A stretch of 64,000 nucleotides of DNA from Eledone cirrhosa (Eukaryota): assembly GCA_964016885.1 (NCBI GenBank), contig OZ024764.1, positions 23,684,001-23,748,000 of the forward strand, given 5' to 3'. The translations under genes and the position numbers were made by a program. This document shows positions 49,088 to 61,599 of the stretch, piece by piece. A model generated the notes under the pieces. It saw only the letters and a program-made list of their open reading frames with translations. It was not told the DNA's origin and did not search any database. Position 1 is the first letter of the stretch; each line of letters opens with the position of its first letter.

Positions 49088-51260
49088 TTAATCTAATGTC
49101 ACTAATAACTACTTTTATCAGTCAGTTTAATCTAATGTCACTAATAACTACTTTTATCAGTCAGTATAATCTAATGTCACTAATAACTACTTTTATCAGT
49201 CAGTATAATCTAATGTCACTAATAACTACTTTTATCAGTCAGTATAATCTAATGTCACTAATAACTACTTTTATCAGTCAGTATAATCTAATGTCACTAA
49301 TAACTACTTTTATCAGTCAGTATAATCTAATGTCACTAATAACTACTTTTATCAGTCAGTTTAATCTAATGTCACTAATAACTACTTTTATCAGTCAGTT
49401 TAATCTACTGCCACTAATAACTACTTTTATCAGTCAGTTTAATCTAATGTCACTAATAACTACTTTTATCAGTCAGTTTAATCTACTGCCACTAATAACT
49501 ACTTTTATCAGTCAGTTTAATCTAATGTCACTAATAACTACTTTTATCAGTCAGTTTAATCTACTGCCACTAATAACTACTTTTATCAGTCAGTATAATC
49601 TAATGTCACTAATAACTACTTTTATCAGTCAGTATAATCTAATGTCACTAATAACTACTTTTATCAGTCAGTATAATCTAATGTCACTAATAACTACTTT
49701 TATCAGTCAGTTTAATCTAATGTCACTAATAACTACTTTTATCTGTCAGTTTAATCTAATGTCACTAATAACTACTTTTATCAGTCAGTTTAATCTAATG
49801 TCACTAATAACTACTTTTATCAGTCAGTATAATCTAATGTCACTAATAACTACTTTTATCAGTCAGTTTAATCTAATGTCACTAATAACTACTTTTATCA
49901 GTCAGTATAATCTAATGTCACTAATAACTACTTTTATCAGTCAGTATAATCTAATGTCACTAATAACTACTTTTATCAGTCAGTATAATCTAATGTCACT
50001 AATAACTACTTTTATCAGTCAGTATAATCTAATGTCACTAATAACTACTTTTATCAGTCAGTATAATCTAATGTCACTAATAACTACTTTTATCAGTCAG
50101 TATAATCTAATGTCACTAATAACTACTTTTATCAGTCAGTATAATCTAATGTCACTAATAACTACTTTTATCAGTCACTATAATCTAATGTCACTAATAA
50201 CTACTTTTATCAGTCAGTATAATCTAATGTCACTAATAACTACTTTTATCTGTCAGTTTAATCTAATGTCACTAATAACTACTTTTATCAGTCAGTTTAA
50301 TCTAATGTCACTAATAACTACTTTTATCTGTCAGTTTAATCTAATGTCACTAATAACTACTTTTATCAGTCAGTATAATCTAATGTCACTAATAACTACT
50401 TTTATCAGTCAGTTTAATCTAATGTCACTAATAACTACTTTTATCAGTCAGTATAATCTAATGTCACTAATAACTACTTTTATCAGTCAGTATAATCTAA
50501 TGTCACTAATAACTACTTTTATCAGTCACTATAATCTAATGTCACTAATAACTACTTTTATCAGTCAGTATAATCTAATGTCACTAATAACTACTTTTAT
50601 CTGTCAGTTTAATCTAATGTCACTAATAACTACTTTTATCAGTCAGTTTAATCTAATGTCACTAATAACTACTTTTATCTGTCAGTTTAATCTAATGTCA
50701 CTAATAACTACTTTTATCAGTCAGTATAATCTAATGTCACTAATAACTACTTTTATCAGTCAGTTTAATCTAATGTCACTAATAACTACTTTTATCAGTC
50801 AGTATAATCTAATGTCACTAATAACTACTTTTATCAGTCAGTATAATCTAATGTCACTAATAACTACTTTTATCAGTCACTATAATCTAATGTCACTAAT
50901 AACTACTTTTATCAGTCAGTATAATCTAATGTCACTAATAACTACTTTTATCTGTCAGTTTAATCTAATGTCACTAATAACTACTTTTATCAGTCAGTTT
51001 AATCTAATGTCACTAATAACTACTTTTATCTGTCAGTTTAATCTAATGTCACTAATAACTACTTTTATCAGTCAGTATAATCTAATGTCACTAATAACTA
51101 CTTTTATCAGTCAGTTTAATCTAATGTCACTAATAACTACTTTTATCAGTCAGTATAATCTAATGTCACTAATAACTACTTTTATCAGTCAGTATAATCT
51201 AATGTCACTAATAACTACTTTTATCAGTCAGTTTAATCTACTGCCACTAATAACTAACCT
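49088..51260. repeat. 39-bp minisatellite (~55 copies) with a 351-bp higher-order repeat
   Basis: Same unit as 32910-33560. The variant cagtcac recurs at ~50177, 50528 and 50879. Confidence 0.95.
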
Positions 51261-52217
51261 ATGTTAGTCAGCACATTCTTCACCAAGGAAGGCCTTAGTA
51301 TTTATTACAGTCCATTTATCAATATAGAAGTATTATATGAAATTTGTACTGATGTATTACAAGTTTCTGAGTATCTTATAATGTTCTTTTATTATTTCAG
51401 AATACCAGAGGACATTGGCATTAAAGAGCACGTTACATCAGACATATCCTCAACATTAACCATTTCTGATGAAAGACACTACCCATCATTTTCAAATAAT
51501 TTTGAAAACACTCAACACTTTGAAGGGATTTAATAATATAACTATATTTCTCAGTATTAAGCTGCTATTTGGAACATAACTTTGCATAATCTCATGAAGT
51601 TACAATGGAAAGTTTTTAGATAAATATAAAGACTGGTATGAAAAGGATAAAACACTTTTATATCAGTTGTTTCATCAACACCATTATTTAAAGACTAAAG
51701 GAAGCTGTTATACAGAACAAATACAACCTTGTTTATATAAATCTATGGGAGAATTACTGGAAAATATTTCTTGTAAACTCAATAACACTTCTATTCTTTG
51801 CTGTCGGAATATGTAGAAGATACAAAATAAAGCAGAAGAAATTTACACATGATTTTGTAAGATCTTCATATATTGACAAAGATGATAGTTGATGGAACTA
51901 CAGGAGTAGAAATATTTCCATTATTACAGGAATAACTAATTAAATAAAAACCAGACAAATTAGATTCTTCACTGTCTGGAATATGTACAAGATGATTTTA
52001 TATGTATATTAAACTTGAAGAGATGTACAAAACAGTTTGTATCATCTTTAAATATAAAGAAAGACCAAAGTTAATAGAAATATATCTGGAGGAATATATT
52101 TTAGGAATAATATTATAAACATAAAGAAGAAAAATATCCATATATTGAGAGGAGAAAAATATTAAAACTGTGAATTATGTGAGAAACTGAGGTCATTGAT
52201 ATCTTTTAGTGGGAGTT

Positions 52218-53501
52218 ATGTCGAAAAATATAGTAAAATCACCATTCCACTGTGATATCTGTGGAAAATCATTCTCTCGTAGTAATCAGCTAACTACTCA
52301 CAAACGTATTCATACAGGAGAGAAGCCTTATAAGTGTGATATCTGGAACAAATCATTCAGTCACAGTAGTAGCATCAGAGTTCACAAACAAATTCATACA
52401 GGAGAGAAGCCACATCACTGTGACATCTGTAGTAAATCATTCTCTTGCAGATATAGCTTAACTAAACACCAACGTATTCATACAGGAGAGAAGCCATATC
52501 ACTGTGACATCTGCGGTAATTCATTCTCTCAGAGTAATCACCTAATTTCTCATAAACGTGTTCATACAGGAGAGAAACTATATCACTGTGATATCTGTGG
52601 TAAATCATTCTCTCAGAGTAATCACCTAACTACTCACAAACATATTCATACAGGAGAGAAACCATATCACTGTGATATCTGTGGTAAATCATTCTCTCAG
52701 AGTATTCACCTAACTACTCACAAACGTATTCATAGAGGAGAGAAACCATATCACTGTGATATCTGTGGTAAATCATTCTCTGACAGAAGTAGCTTTGTTA
52801 AACAGCATCGTATTCATACAGGAGAGAAGCCATATCACTGTGACATCTGTGGTAAATCATTCTCTGACAGAAGTAACTTTGATAAACACCATCGTATTCA
52901 TACAGGAGAGAACCCATATCACTGTGATATCTGCGGTAATTCATTCTCTCAGAGTATTCACCTAACTACTCACAAAGGTATTCATACAGGAGAGAAACTG
53001 TATCACTGTGACATCTGTGGTAAATCATTCTCTGACAGAAGTAGCTTTGTTAAACACCATCGTATTCATACAGGAGAGAAGCCATATCACTGTGACATCT
53101 GTGGTAAAACATTCTCTAAATATAACAACCTAACTACTCACAAACGTATTCATACAGGAGAGAAACTGTATCACTGTGACATCTGTGGTAAATCATTCTC
53201 TGACAGAAGTAGCTTTGTTAAACACCATCGTATTCATACAGGAGAGAAGCCATATCACTGTGACATCTGTGGTAAATCATTCTCTCATAGTGGTAACTTA
53301 ACTATCCACAAACGTACTCATACAGGAGAGAAGCCATATCACTGTCACATCTGTGGTAAATCATTTGCTGACAGAAGTTGCTTAGCTACCCACAAACGTA
53401 CTCATACAGGAGAGAAGCCATGTCACTGTGACATCTGTGGTAAATCATTCTCTCAAAGTAGTAACTTAACCAAGCATGTGCGTATTCATACAGAAGTTTA
53501 G
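52218..53501 (+). CDS. C2H2 zinc-finger protein D, 15 fingers (finger 2 C->W, finger 7 H->Q)
   Basis: Intact ORF; N- and C-termini match gene C. Candidate acceptors at 51400 and 52209. Confidence 0.9.
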   Translation: MSKNIVKSPFHCDICGKSFSRSNQLTTHKRIHTGEKPYKCDIWNKSFSHSSSIRVHKQIHTGEKPHHCDICSKSFSCRYSLTKHQRIHTGEKPYHCDICGNSFSQSNHLISHKRVHTGEKLYHCDICGKSFSQSNHLTTHKHIHTGEKPYHCDICGKSFSQSIHLTTHKRIHRGEKPYHCDICGKSFSDRSSFVKQHRIHTGEKPYHCDICGKSFSDRSNFDKHHRIHTGENPYHCDICGNSFSQSIHLTTHKGIHTGEKLYHCDICGKSFSDRSSFVKHHRIHTGEKPYHCDICGKTFSKYNNLTTHKRIHTGEKLYHCDICGKSFSDRSSFVKHHRIHTGEKPYHCDICGKSFSHSGNLTIHKRTHTGEKPYHCHICGKSFADRSCLATHKRTHTGEKPCHCDICGKSFSQSSNLTKHVRIHTEV

Positions 53502-54902
53502 CTGTATCAATATCAAACTGATTACATCATCCTACAACAACAACAACAATTGTGTAGATCCATCATCCTTGCTAAAACTGAGGTTAACCTTGTAGGTTTT
53601 ACCTAGGACAGGGATCATAAACACCAGGTTTCCATTTTTGAAGCAGTGTTTGAAGATTTTGTGTAAATTGAAGTTTTTCACATCAAACTTTCATTTATTA
53701 TACTTTCACAGGTAAGATATATATTTGTATTTTTAGTAAAGGTTGGGAACTTCTGTAATTTAAACCTGCCAATAAAATGAAAACTTTTGTTGTTGTTAGT
53801 CAGACATTGATATTAATTCTATTGTCCTGTACATTGTCTCAAATATCACAGATTAAACAGATTTTAACAATAACAACAGAAATCAATAACTTGTAAGCCT
53901 AATATCTAGCTTCCATTTTAACTATTTGATATTGTTGTTCCTCTCCTGCCTCTTCAGGTCTTTTAGATTTCAACTTCTATCTACTGTACTATTCCATCAC
54001 CAAGGCAACATTCATCTGGCTGGCAGCTTACATCAACTACAGATCTCCAACCCTTCTTTCTCCAGATAGTCTTGAATCTGTCAGTCCCTCTATATCTTAT
54101 ATTTAACAGGGAGATCTTTTACTCTCCAACCCTTCTTTCTCCAGATAGTCTTGTATCTGTCAGTCCCTCTAGATATTACACCTAGCATCTAGTCTATGTT
54201 GAGTGGTACGTCCTTCTCCAGTAAAGGAGTTAATATTCCCAACCATCTGTCTATCCTGTTTTCTGATGAGAATGAAGTCAATCTAGTTTATCTCTTCACC
54301 TGATTGAAGTAACTAGATGGTTTCCTGTAAGTTAGTGTTGCAGTGTTTGTGTCGCCATGTAAGGTATATATCTATTAATATAGAGATGTAGTAAAGTTTT
54401 CACTGTTGTATCTCTATTTTCTAAATATCTTAATAATGTTTCTCTACTATTTCAGAATATCACATGACCTTGACAGAAAAGAGTCTTTTAAAGACAACAG
54501 AAAGATGTTACATGCGAGTGATATAAACTTGTTTAGTCTGTGGTGAATTATGGTGAAATATTTCTTCTGAATTGAGATAAATAACAACATATTCCTTTTT
54601 CACTGTCTGGAATTTTTACAAGATGATTTTACACTCTGATTAAACTTTGGATATTTACAAAGGAGTTTTCAAAATATTTGGATTTGACAAAGATCACATT
54701 TGATAAAATTATGAACAATAGAAATATTTACATCAACATAGGAATATTTTCCAGAAGAGATGGGAATATCATTATACCACTGTAATATTTGTGGTAAAGT
54801 ATTCTCTCTTCTTTATATGTAGAACATCTAACTAAACACTTTAACTAACAAACTATTGTGCTATAGAATTGACAAACTTGAGGAATGTTTAATAAATGTT
54901 AC

Positions 54903-57076
54903 TGATAGAGGGACCAGCAGTGTTAGTCGAAGGTAGTATAATAAGTAAGGCAATCAAAGATATGAAGACGGGTAAGGCGGCTGGGCCTTCGGAAATAGTT
55001 GCTGAGATGCTGAAAGCCTCCGGTACGGTGGGACACACCATGGTCACCCGGATAGTAAACCAAGTCATACAGAATGGGGTTGTTCCGAAGGACTGGCATA
55101 GCAGCAACATCGTTAACTGTTATAAGGGTAAAGGAGACGCCCTAGATAGGAGTAACTATAGAGGCATTAAATTAATCGACCAGGTCATGAAGGTCACGGA
55201 AAAAGTAATAGCGCAACTAATCAGAGAGAGAATTGACCTAGATGAAATGCAGTTCGGGTTTGTGTCAGGCAAAAGTACCACAGACGCTCTTTTCATTGTA
55301 CGACAACTACAGGAGAAGTACCTAGCTAAAAGTAAACTCCTATACTTAGCTTTTGTCGACTTGGAGAAAGCCTTCGACAGAGTCCCCCGTTCCATTATCT
55401 GGTGGGCTCTTAGAAAACTAGGTGTTGACGAATGGCTTGTGAGAGCCATACAAGCCATGTATAAAGAAACAGTCAGCAAGGCTAGAATTAACAACGAATA
55501 TAGTGAAGAGTTTAGCGTAAAAGTTGGTGTCCATCAGGGCTCTGTTCTTAGCCCCCTACTATTTATTATTGCCCTTCAGGCTATAACAGAGGAGTTCAAG
55601 ACCGGCTGCCCATGGGAACTCCTATACGCAGATGATCTAACGCTCATAGCTGAATCAATGGCCGAGCTAGAGAAGAAATTCCAAACATGGAAGCACGGCC
55701 TAGAATCAAAAGGCCTTAAAATTAACCTGGCTAAGACTAAAGTTCTAGTTTGTAGGAAAGAAAATAAGGCGCCGGTCCCCTCCGGGAAATGGCCAGTGTG
55801 TAGGAAAGGCGTAGGTAGAAACTCCATTTTATGTCCCAAATGCAAAGTATGAGTGCATAAAAGATGTAGTGGGATCACAGGTAAGCTAACTAAGAACACA
55901 GATTTTACATGGGGCCGGTGCTCTGGTGCAATAAGTAGCAGCAAGTGCCCAGAAAATACTAGCTCATTCAACTGCGCAGAGGGTTCTATAGAAATAGTGG
56001 ACAGCTTCCGTTACCTGGGTGACAAAATCAGCAGTGGGGGAGGGTGCTCTGAAAGTACAGTAGCTAGAGTCAGAACTGGATGGAAAAAGTTCAGAGAGCT
56101 TATAATACTATTAGCCGCTAAAGGGTTCTCCCTAAAAATGAAAGGCAGGTTGTATGATGCCTGCATACGAACAGCAATGTTGCATGGCAGTGAGACCTGG
56201 GCATTGTGTGCAGAGGATATACGCAGACTAGAGAGGAACGAAGCTTGCATGCTCCGCTGGATGTGTAATAGTAATATACGTGAACAGCAAAGCATAAATG
56301 AACTAAGGAAAAAATTAGAAATAAGATGGATCAGATGTTGTTTACTCGAGAGAAGACTACGTTGGTATGGTCACGTGATGCGCATGAAAGACGACAGCTG
56401 TATAACAAAGTGCAGGGCAATAAAGATAGATGGTAGCCACGGAGTAGGCAGACCCAGAAAAACCTGGGACGAGCTGATAAATTCCGACCTCACACACTTA
56501 CACCTCTCCAAGCCAATGTCACTGGACCGAGACCTTTGGCGGTACTCAGTAACAGAGAAGACCCGCCCTACCTAAATACAAAGTAAAACCTACTACAGTC
56601 AGTAGGCATCTCTAACAAAATACACCCCCGTCCCACCACCCCCACCCCATCCACACCGCCCCTTTCAATGTAAAGTTATGTTGGTGCCACAACATCCAGG
56701 CCGAAACAAACGAGATCGTGTAGGTGTCACGACAAAAAAAACACACAGTCCACGCTGTAATGTGGCCGTGTAGGCAACACGTTAAAAACCTCCTAGTCCC
56801 ACACTGTAAATGTGGTTGGTGTTAGGAAGGGCATCCAGCTGTAGAAAACACGCCAGACAGTCCACGCTGTAATGTGGCCGTGTAGGCAACACGGTAAAAA
56901 CCTCCCAGCCCCACACTGTAAATGTGGTTGGTGTTAGGAAGGGCATCCAGCTGTAGAAAACCCGCCAGACAGTCCTATGCGAGCAAGACAACCACTCTTG
57001 CCTCAAGTAGGAAAACCCCCGTCCAAACCCATGCAAGCGTGGAACAGGGACGTTAAACGATGATGATGATGATGAT
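54903..57076 (+). mobile_element. 5'-truncated RTE-clade LINE, RT nearly intact, (GAT)n tail
   Basis: KGKGDALDRSNYRGIKL, AFVDLEKAFDRV, GVHQGSVLSPLLF and LLYADDL; one TGA at 55850-55852; ORF ends 56575. Inserted into ttacagatttctcc, which is empty in the paralogs. Confidence 0.92.
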
Positions 57077-57120
57077 TTCTCCAAACTGTCGTTTACTAAC
57101 TTTAATTTGAAGCTATATTA

Positions 57121-57344
57121 TCTATATACTACTAAAACTCTGTGATTGTGTCTTGTCCGTAAATTAATACAGCTAAAACAGTGCATAATGGGGAAATACT
57201 TTGAAAGGAATAAAACAAGTTTTGTATAAATTGGAGCACAGGTTCCCAAGATACGGGGTTTTCTGGGTACCTTCATAAATATAGGGAGAGAAAGAGATAG
57301 TGGCGGTGAGAGAGTGAGAGCTGGTGGTGTTGTTTAATAAAATA

Positions 57345-57378
<34 letters not shown>

Positions 57379-57765
57379 CGTATGTGCATATATATATATC
57401 TGTATATATATATACGTATGAAGCATATAGACAATATGCCCCCACACCCTCCCATTGCAAGGTGGTCGTGGAGGTGCCACGGCAAAAAAGCACCGAGCCT
57501 ACACCGTAAAATGGACATGTAGGTGCCACGAAAAAGCAGCCAGCACTCACTGTAAATGAGGTTGGTGTTAGGAAGGGCATCCAGCTGTAGAAATCAAGCC
57601 AAATCAGTTCCTGTATGAGCAAGGTATGGTCAGCCGAGCAGACGCTGCCCACAACAGGACAACTCGTCTAACCCATGCTAGCATGGAAGAACGGACGTAA
57701 AACGGTGATGATGATGATGATGATATATATATATACGTATGTGTATATTTTAACTATTTAAAATA
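57121..57765 (+). mobile_element. Helitron copy with nested RTE-tail element, 3' end deleted
   Basis: A|TCTATATACT start; same nested insertion and TSD as 37552-37879. Confidence 0.65.
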
Positions 57766-59232
57766 TACACAGCTGGATGACCTTCCTAGAACCAAGCTTA
57801 TTTACATTAAGTACTGGGTGCTTTTTGTCGTGACACCTACATGACCACTTTACAGTGTGGACTGGGTACTTTTTGTTGTGACACCTACATGACCACTTTA
57901 CAGTGTGCGTTGGGTGCTTTTTATTGTGACACCTACATGACCACTTTACAGTTTGGACTGGGTGCTTTCTGTCGTGACACCTACATGACCACTTTATAGT
58001 GTGGACTGGGTACTTTTTGTTGTGACACCAACATGACCATTTTAAAGTTTTGGCTGGGTACTTTTTGTTGTCACCTACATGACCACTTTACAGTTTGGGC
58101 TGGGTGCTTTTTGCCGTGACACATACGCAACCGCTTTACAGTGTGGGCTGGTTTCTTTTTGTCATATCACCTACATGACCAGCTTATAGTGTTGGCTGTG
58201 TGTTCTTTACAGTGTGGGTTGGGTGCTTTTTCTCATATCACCTACATGACCACCTTAGAGTGTTGGCTGTGTGTTCTTTGCAGTGTGGGTTGGGTGCTTT
58301 TTGTCATATCACCTACATGACCACCTTATAATGTTGACTGTGTGTTCTCTACAGTGTGGGTTGGGTGCTTTTTCTCATATCTCCTACCCAACCACTTTGC
58401 AGTGTGGGCAGTGAAATATCAGTAATGCACCAGCTCCAATATTCAGTAATCAGAAGAAGGGAGGTAGGCATAAAAGCCAAACTTGCTGTCTTCAATTAGG
58501 TTTTTGTGCCAACCCTTACCTATGGTCACATATCTTGGGTAATGACCAAAAGAATATGATTGGGAATACAAATGGCAGATATGGGATTCCTCTGAAGGGT
58601 CTTTGAAGGAACGTTTCTCAATAAAGTGCATAGCTCTGAGATCAGAGAGTCACTCCAGGTGGAGCTGTTACTTCTCCTAATTGAGAGATCACAGCTGCAA
58701 TACTATGGCCATGTGGTTAGAATGTCTGAGGAAAGAATCACTGGATAGATTTTACAGGCAAAACTAACCAGCAGGAGACCCAGGGGTAGACCTGAGCAAG
58801 ATGGTCACATAACATCCATGAGCTTGGCTGGTCTCTCTGGGAGATCCAGCCAGATCAGTTGGAGTGGGTTGCTTCTGACAGGACCTGTTGGAGGGAGTGT
58901 TTGAGGACTCTGCCCCCAAGACCCTCTCTGGAAAAAGTGGGTTAATAAGAATAAGTTGAGGTCACATAATCAACATGAGATTTCCCTGCTAACAAGGGTT
59001 TAATGAGTCTACTTCAACCAAGTAAGTACTGAAGTGAGGCTACTGATCTCTAGACAGACCAAGGATCTGAGACTTATTTACATAAGGTCTCATTTGCTAC
59101 TGAGTGCGCAGAAAAGGTTGTCATGATTGAAGGTTTCTCCGACACTATCGTCGGGCAAGCTTTCTATGGCTAGATGTCCTTCATATGACCAACCACATTA
59201 CAGCCTGTGTTGGGTGTGTTTATCATGTAGGT

Positions 59233-61599
59233 GAGCCATAACAAACTGAGGGTTGCCCAAGGTCCACATAGGTCACGTGTTGTCTGAGGGTTGCACACTA
59301 CAACTAATTATGTACATTACAACTAATTAAGGTCATTTAATAAAATATATTGCAGAAAGATTTGTTACTTAAATTTAGAAACATACAATGTACATACAAA
59401 TGTTTTAGCAGCATTCATGAATACAAAGTAATGAAGTAGTTTGACAAAAAACTAAAATTTAACATGTCAACATATACTTGCAGATTGTAACAGCAACAAA
59501 TACATTGTACACAAATAACAACAGTTGAAAACTGAACATTTATTTGCTACTATTCAACCATTTTTAGTCTTTTGTCCTGAGGCTTGACACTTCTTTCTGT
59601 TGACAATGTTTGGTATGTCTGGCTGAAATGTTTGTACAGTTCCAACTTTAATCAGATGACAAGTGTTGATCTGTCAGCCTTGTTCTCTGAGAAGTTTTTG
59701 TTAATTTCATGAAGGAAAATAACTGTCCACTCACATTGGTAGAACCAAACATTGCCATAATCTTTGTGACAAACTTTCTGATGTTAATAAACTTTTCAGG
59801 AAGGTATGAAAAGAAACCAGGTATCCCCACTACAAGATACTTTGTTCTGAGTGTAGAATCTGACTGCATTTCCAATAGTTCCATCTGCAGGCATTCTTCT
59901 GCCTTCATCAAAGGTGAATGGTGCTGAGAATAATGTAAACTGATGTTCAAAAAATGAGAAATCACAAAATCTTTCTTGAAATTTCTTTAACAACAATTCC
60001 AGGTGACTGTCATACTTAACTAGGCTAAATACAGACTCAGTATTGGCAGTGTTTTTCAGTTCTTTGCACATAGGAAAATGAACTAAATTTTCATCTGACG
60101 ACGGAGATTTCCATAAGCTTAGTTTTCTAATGAAGCACTTGATGTCATCATTCAACTGATTGATGGGTTTGTTTTAACCTTGTACTTTCAAATTAAGATC
60201 AGTTAATTGTGCAGTAATATCCACAACAAAAGCCAGATGTTGGAGCCAACTTTCATCTTTTATTTCATCTGTGTTTTAACCTTTTATCTCCAAAAACATA
60301 ATTATTTCTTTTCTCAACAAATAGCATCTTTTCAGCACTTTGTGACATGTCAACCAGCAGACTTCTGTGTAGAATGGAACATCGGTGAACTGATTATCCA
60401 TATCTTACAACAACTGGCTGAACTGACGGTGGTTGAGAGCACGGCCTCTGATTTAGTTCACTGTCTTTGTGACCAAGCTAAGCACATGATGCAATTTTAA
60501 AATCTTTGAACATAAATTTTGCTGATGAATAATAGTGAAAATGTGCAAATGATGAATCTAGATATGAGTTTTCTATTTTTGTTTGTAACTTGGCAGCAAC
60601 ACCATTATGTCTACCAACCATATTTGCAGCACTGTCAGTAGATAAACATGCAAGTTTACTCAGATCACAACCATGCAGACCCTGCTTGACCTTCTCAAAG
60701 ATGTCCTGGCTTGTTATAGTGTCATGCATGGGGACCAGTTCAATCAGTTCTTCATAAATATTAAATTCTCAGTCACAGGCCCTGGTGAAGAATGCAAGCT
60801 GTACTATTCCAGTGATGTCAACAGTCTCTTCAATAGCAATAGAAACATGTTCAAACCTTGTTGATACAGCCTTTAACTGTTGTTTCAGATCACCTGACAT
60901 TACATTAATCTGTTCAGGAACAGTGTTCCTGGTTAATGAAATGTCTTTGAATAACTCTGCTTTCTCTGGACAATTTCAGCTGTTTTTACAAGACATTGCT
61001 TTACAAAATCTCCTTCACTGTAAGATTTCCCACTCATGGCAATCATTTGACTGAGTTCATAGCTTGCAGTTACGGAAGTGACATCCTCTTCCTGAATTAA
61101 CATAAAACAGGTCTGTTGCTGTGTCAAGTTAACCTTCAATTCCTTGAGTCTTGAAACACACATTGGGCCTTCATATTTATCGTAAGATCGAGGGTTTGTT
61201 ACATAATGTCTTTTTAAATTGTACTCTTTGGGCGTGGCGATGTAGTTGTTGCAAATTAAACAGTGTATCTTTCTGTTCACCATTGGGCAAAAATACTGTA
61301 ATTCCCACTTTTCTTGAAACACTTGCCCTTCTTCGTTCACTTTCCTTTTTCTCTTAGCTGGAGGAGCACTAACCATTTCAAAAACGAAATCTTTTGAAAT
61401 TTTGAAAGAAAGTTTTCTGTTAATGAGCTGCACGTGATTAATGGCAGTTAAAAGTAGTTGACAAAATTTGCAAAAAGAAAATAATTGTATCGAAAATGTT
61501 TTAAATTTTATATTACGAAAATGAAACATGCTCGCACTGTAAAAACCTTAGTGTGGGCCGCAGGTTTGCTTGCCAAGGGCCGCATATTTGACATGTCTG
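59233..61599 (-). mobile_element. Full-length degenerate hAT copy, TSD ATGTAGGT
   Basis: TSD at 59225-59232 and 61600-61607; transposase fragments as in 9702-12030. Confidence 0.9.

Noticed and set aside
49096-51267. 723-aa (and 216-aa at 32918) ORF of MSLITTFISQYNL repeats
   Set aside because: It results from a 39-bp unit (a multiple of 3) lacking stops in one frame. It is probably intronic, varies in copy number, and has no unique coding flanks.
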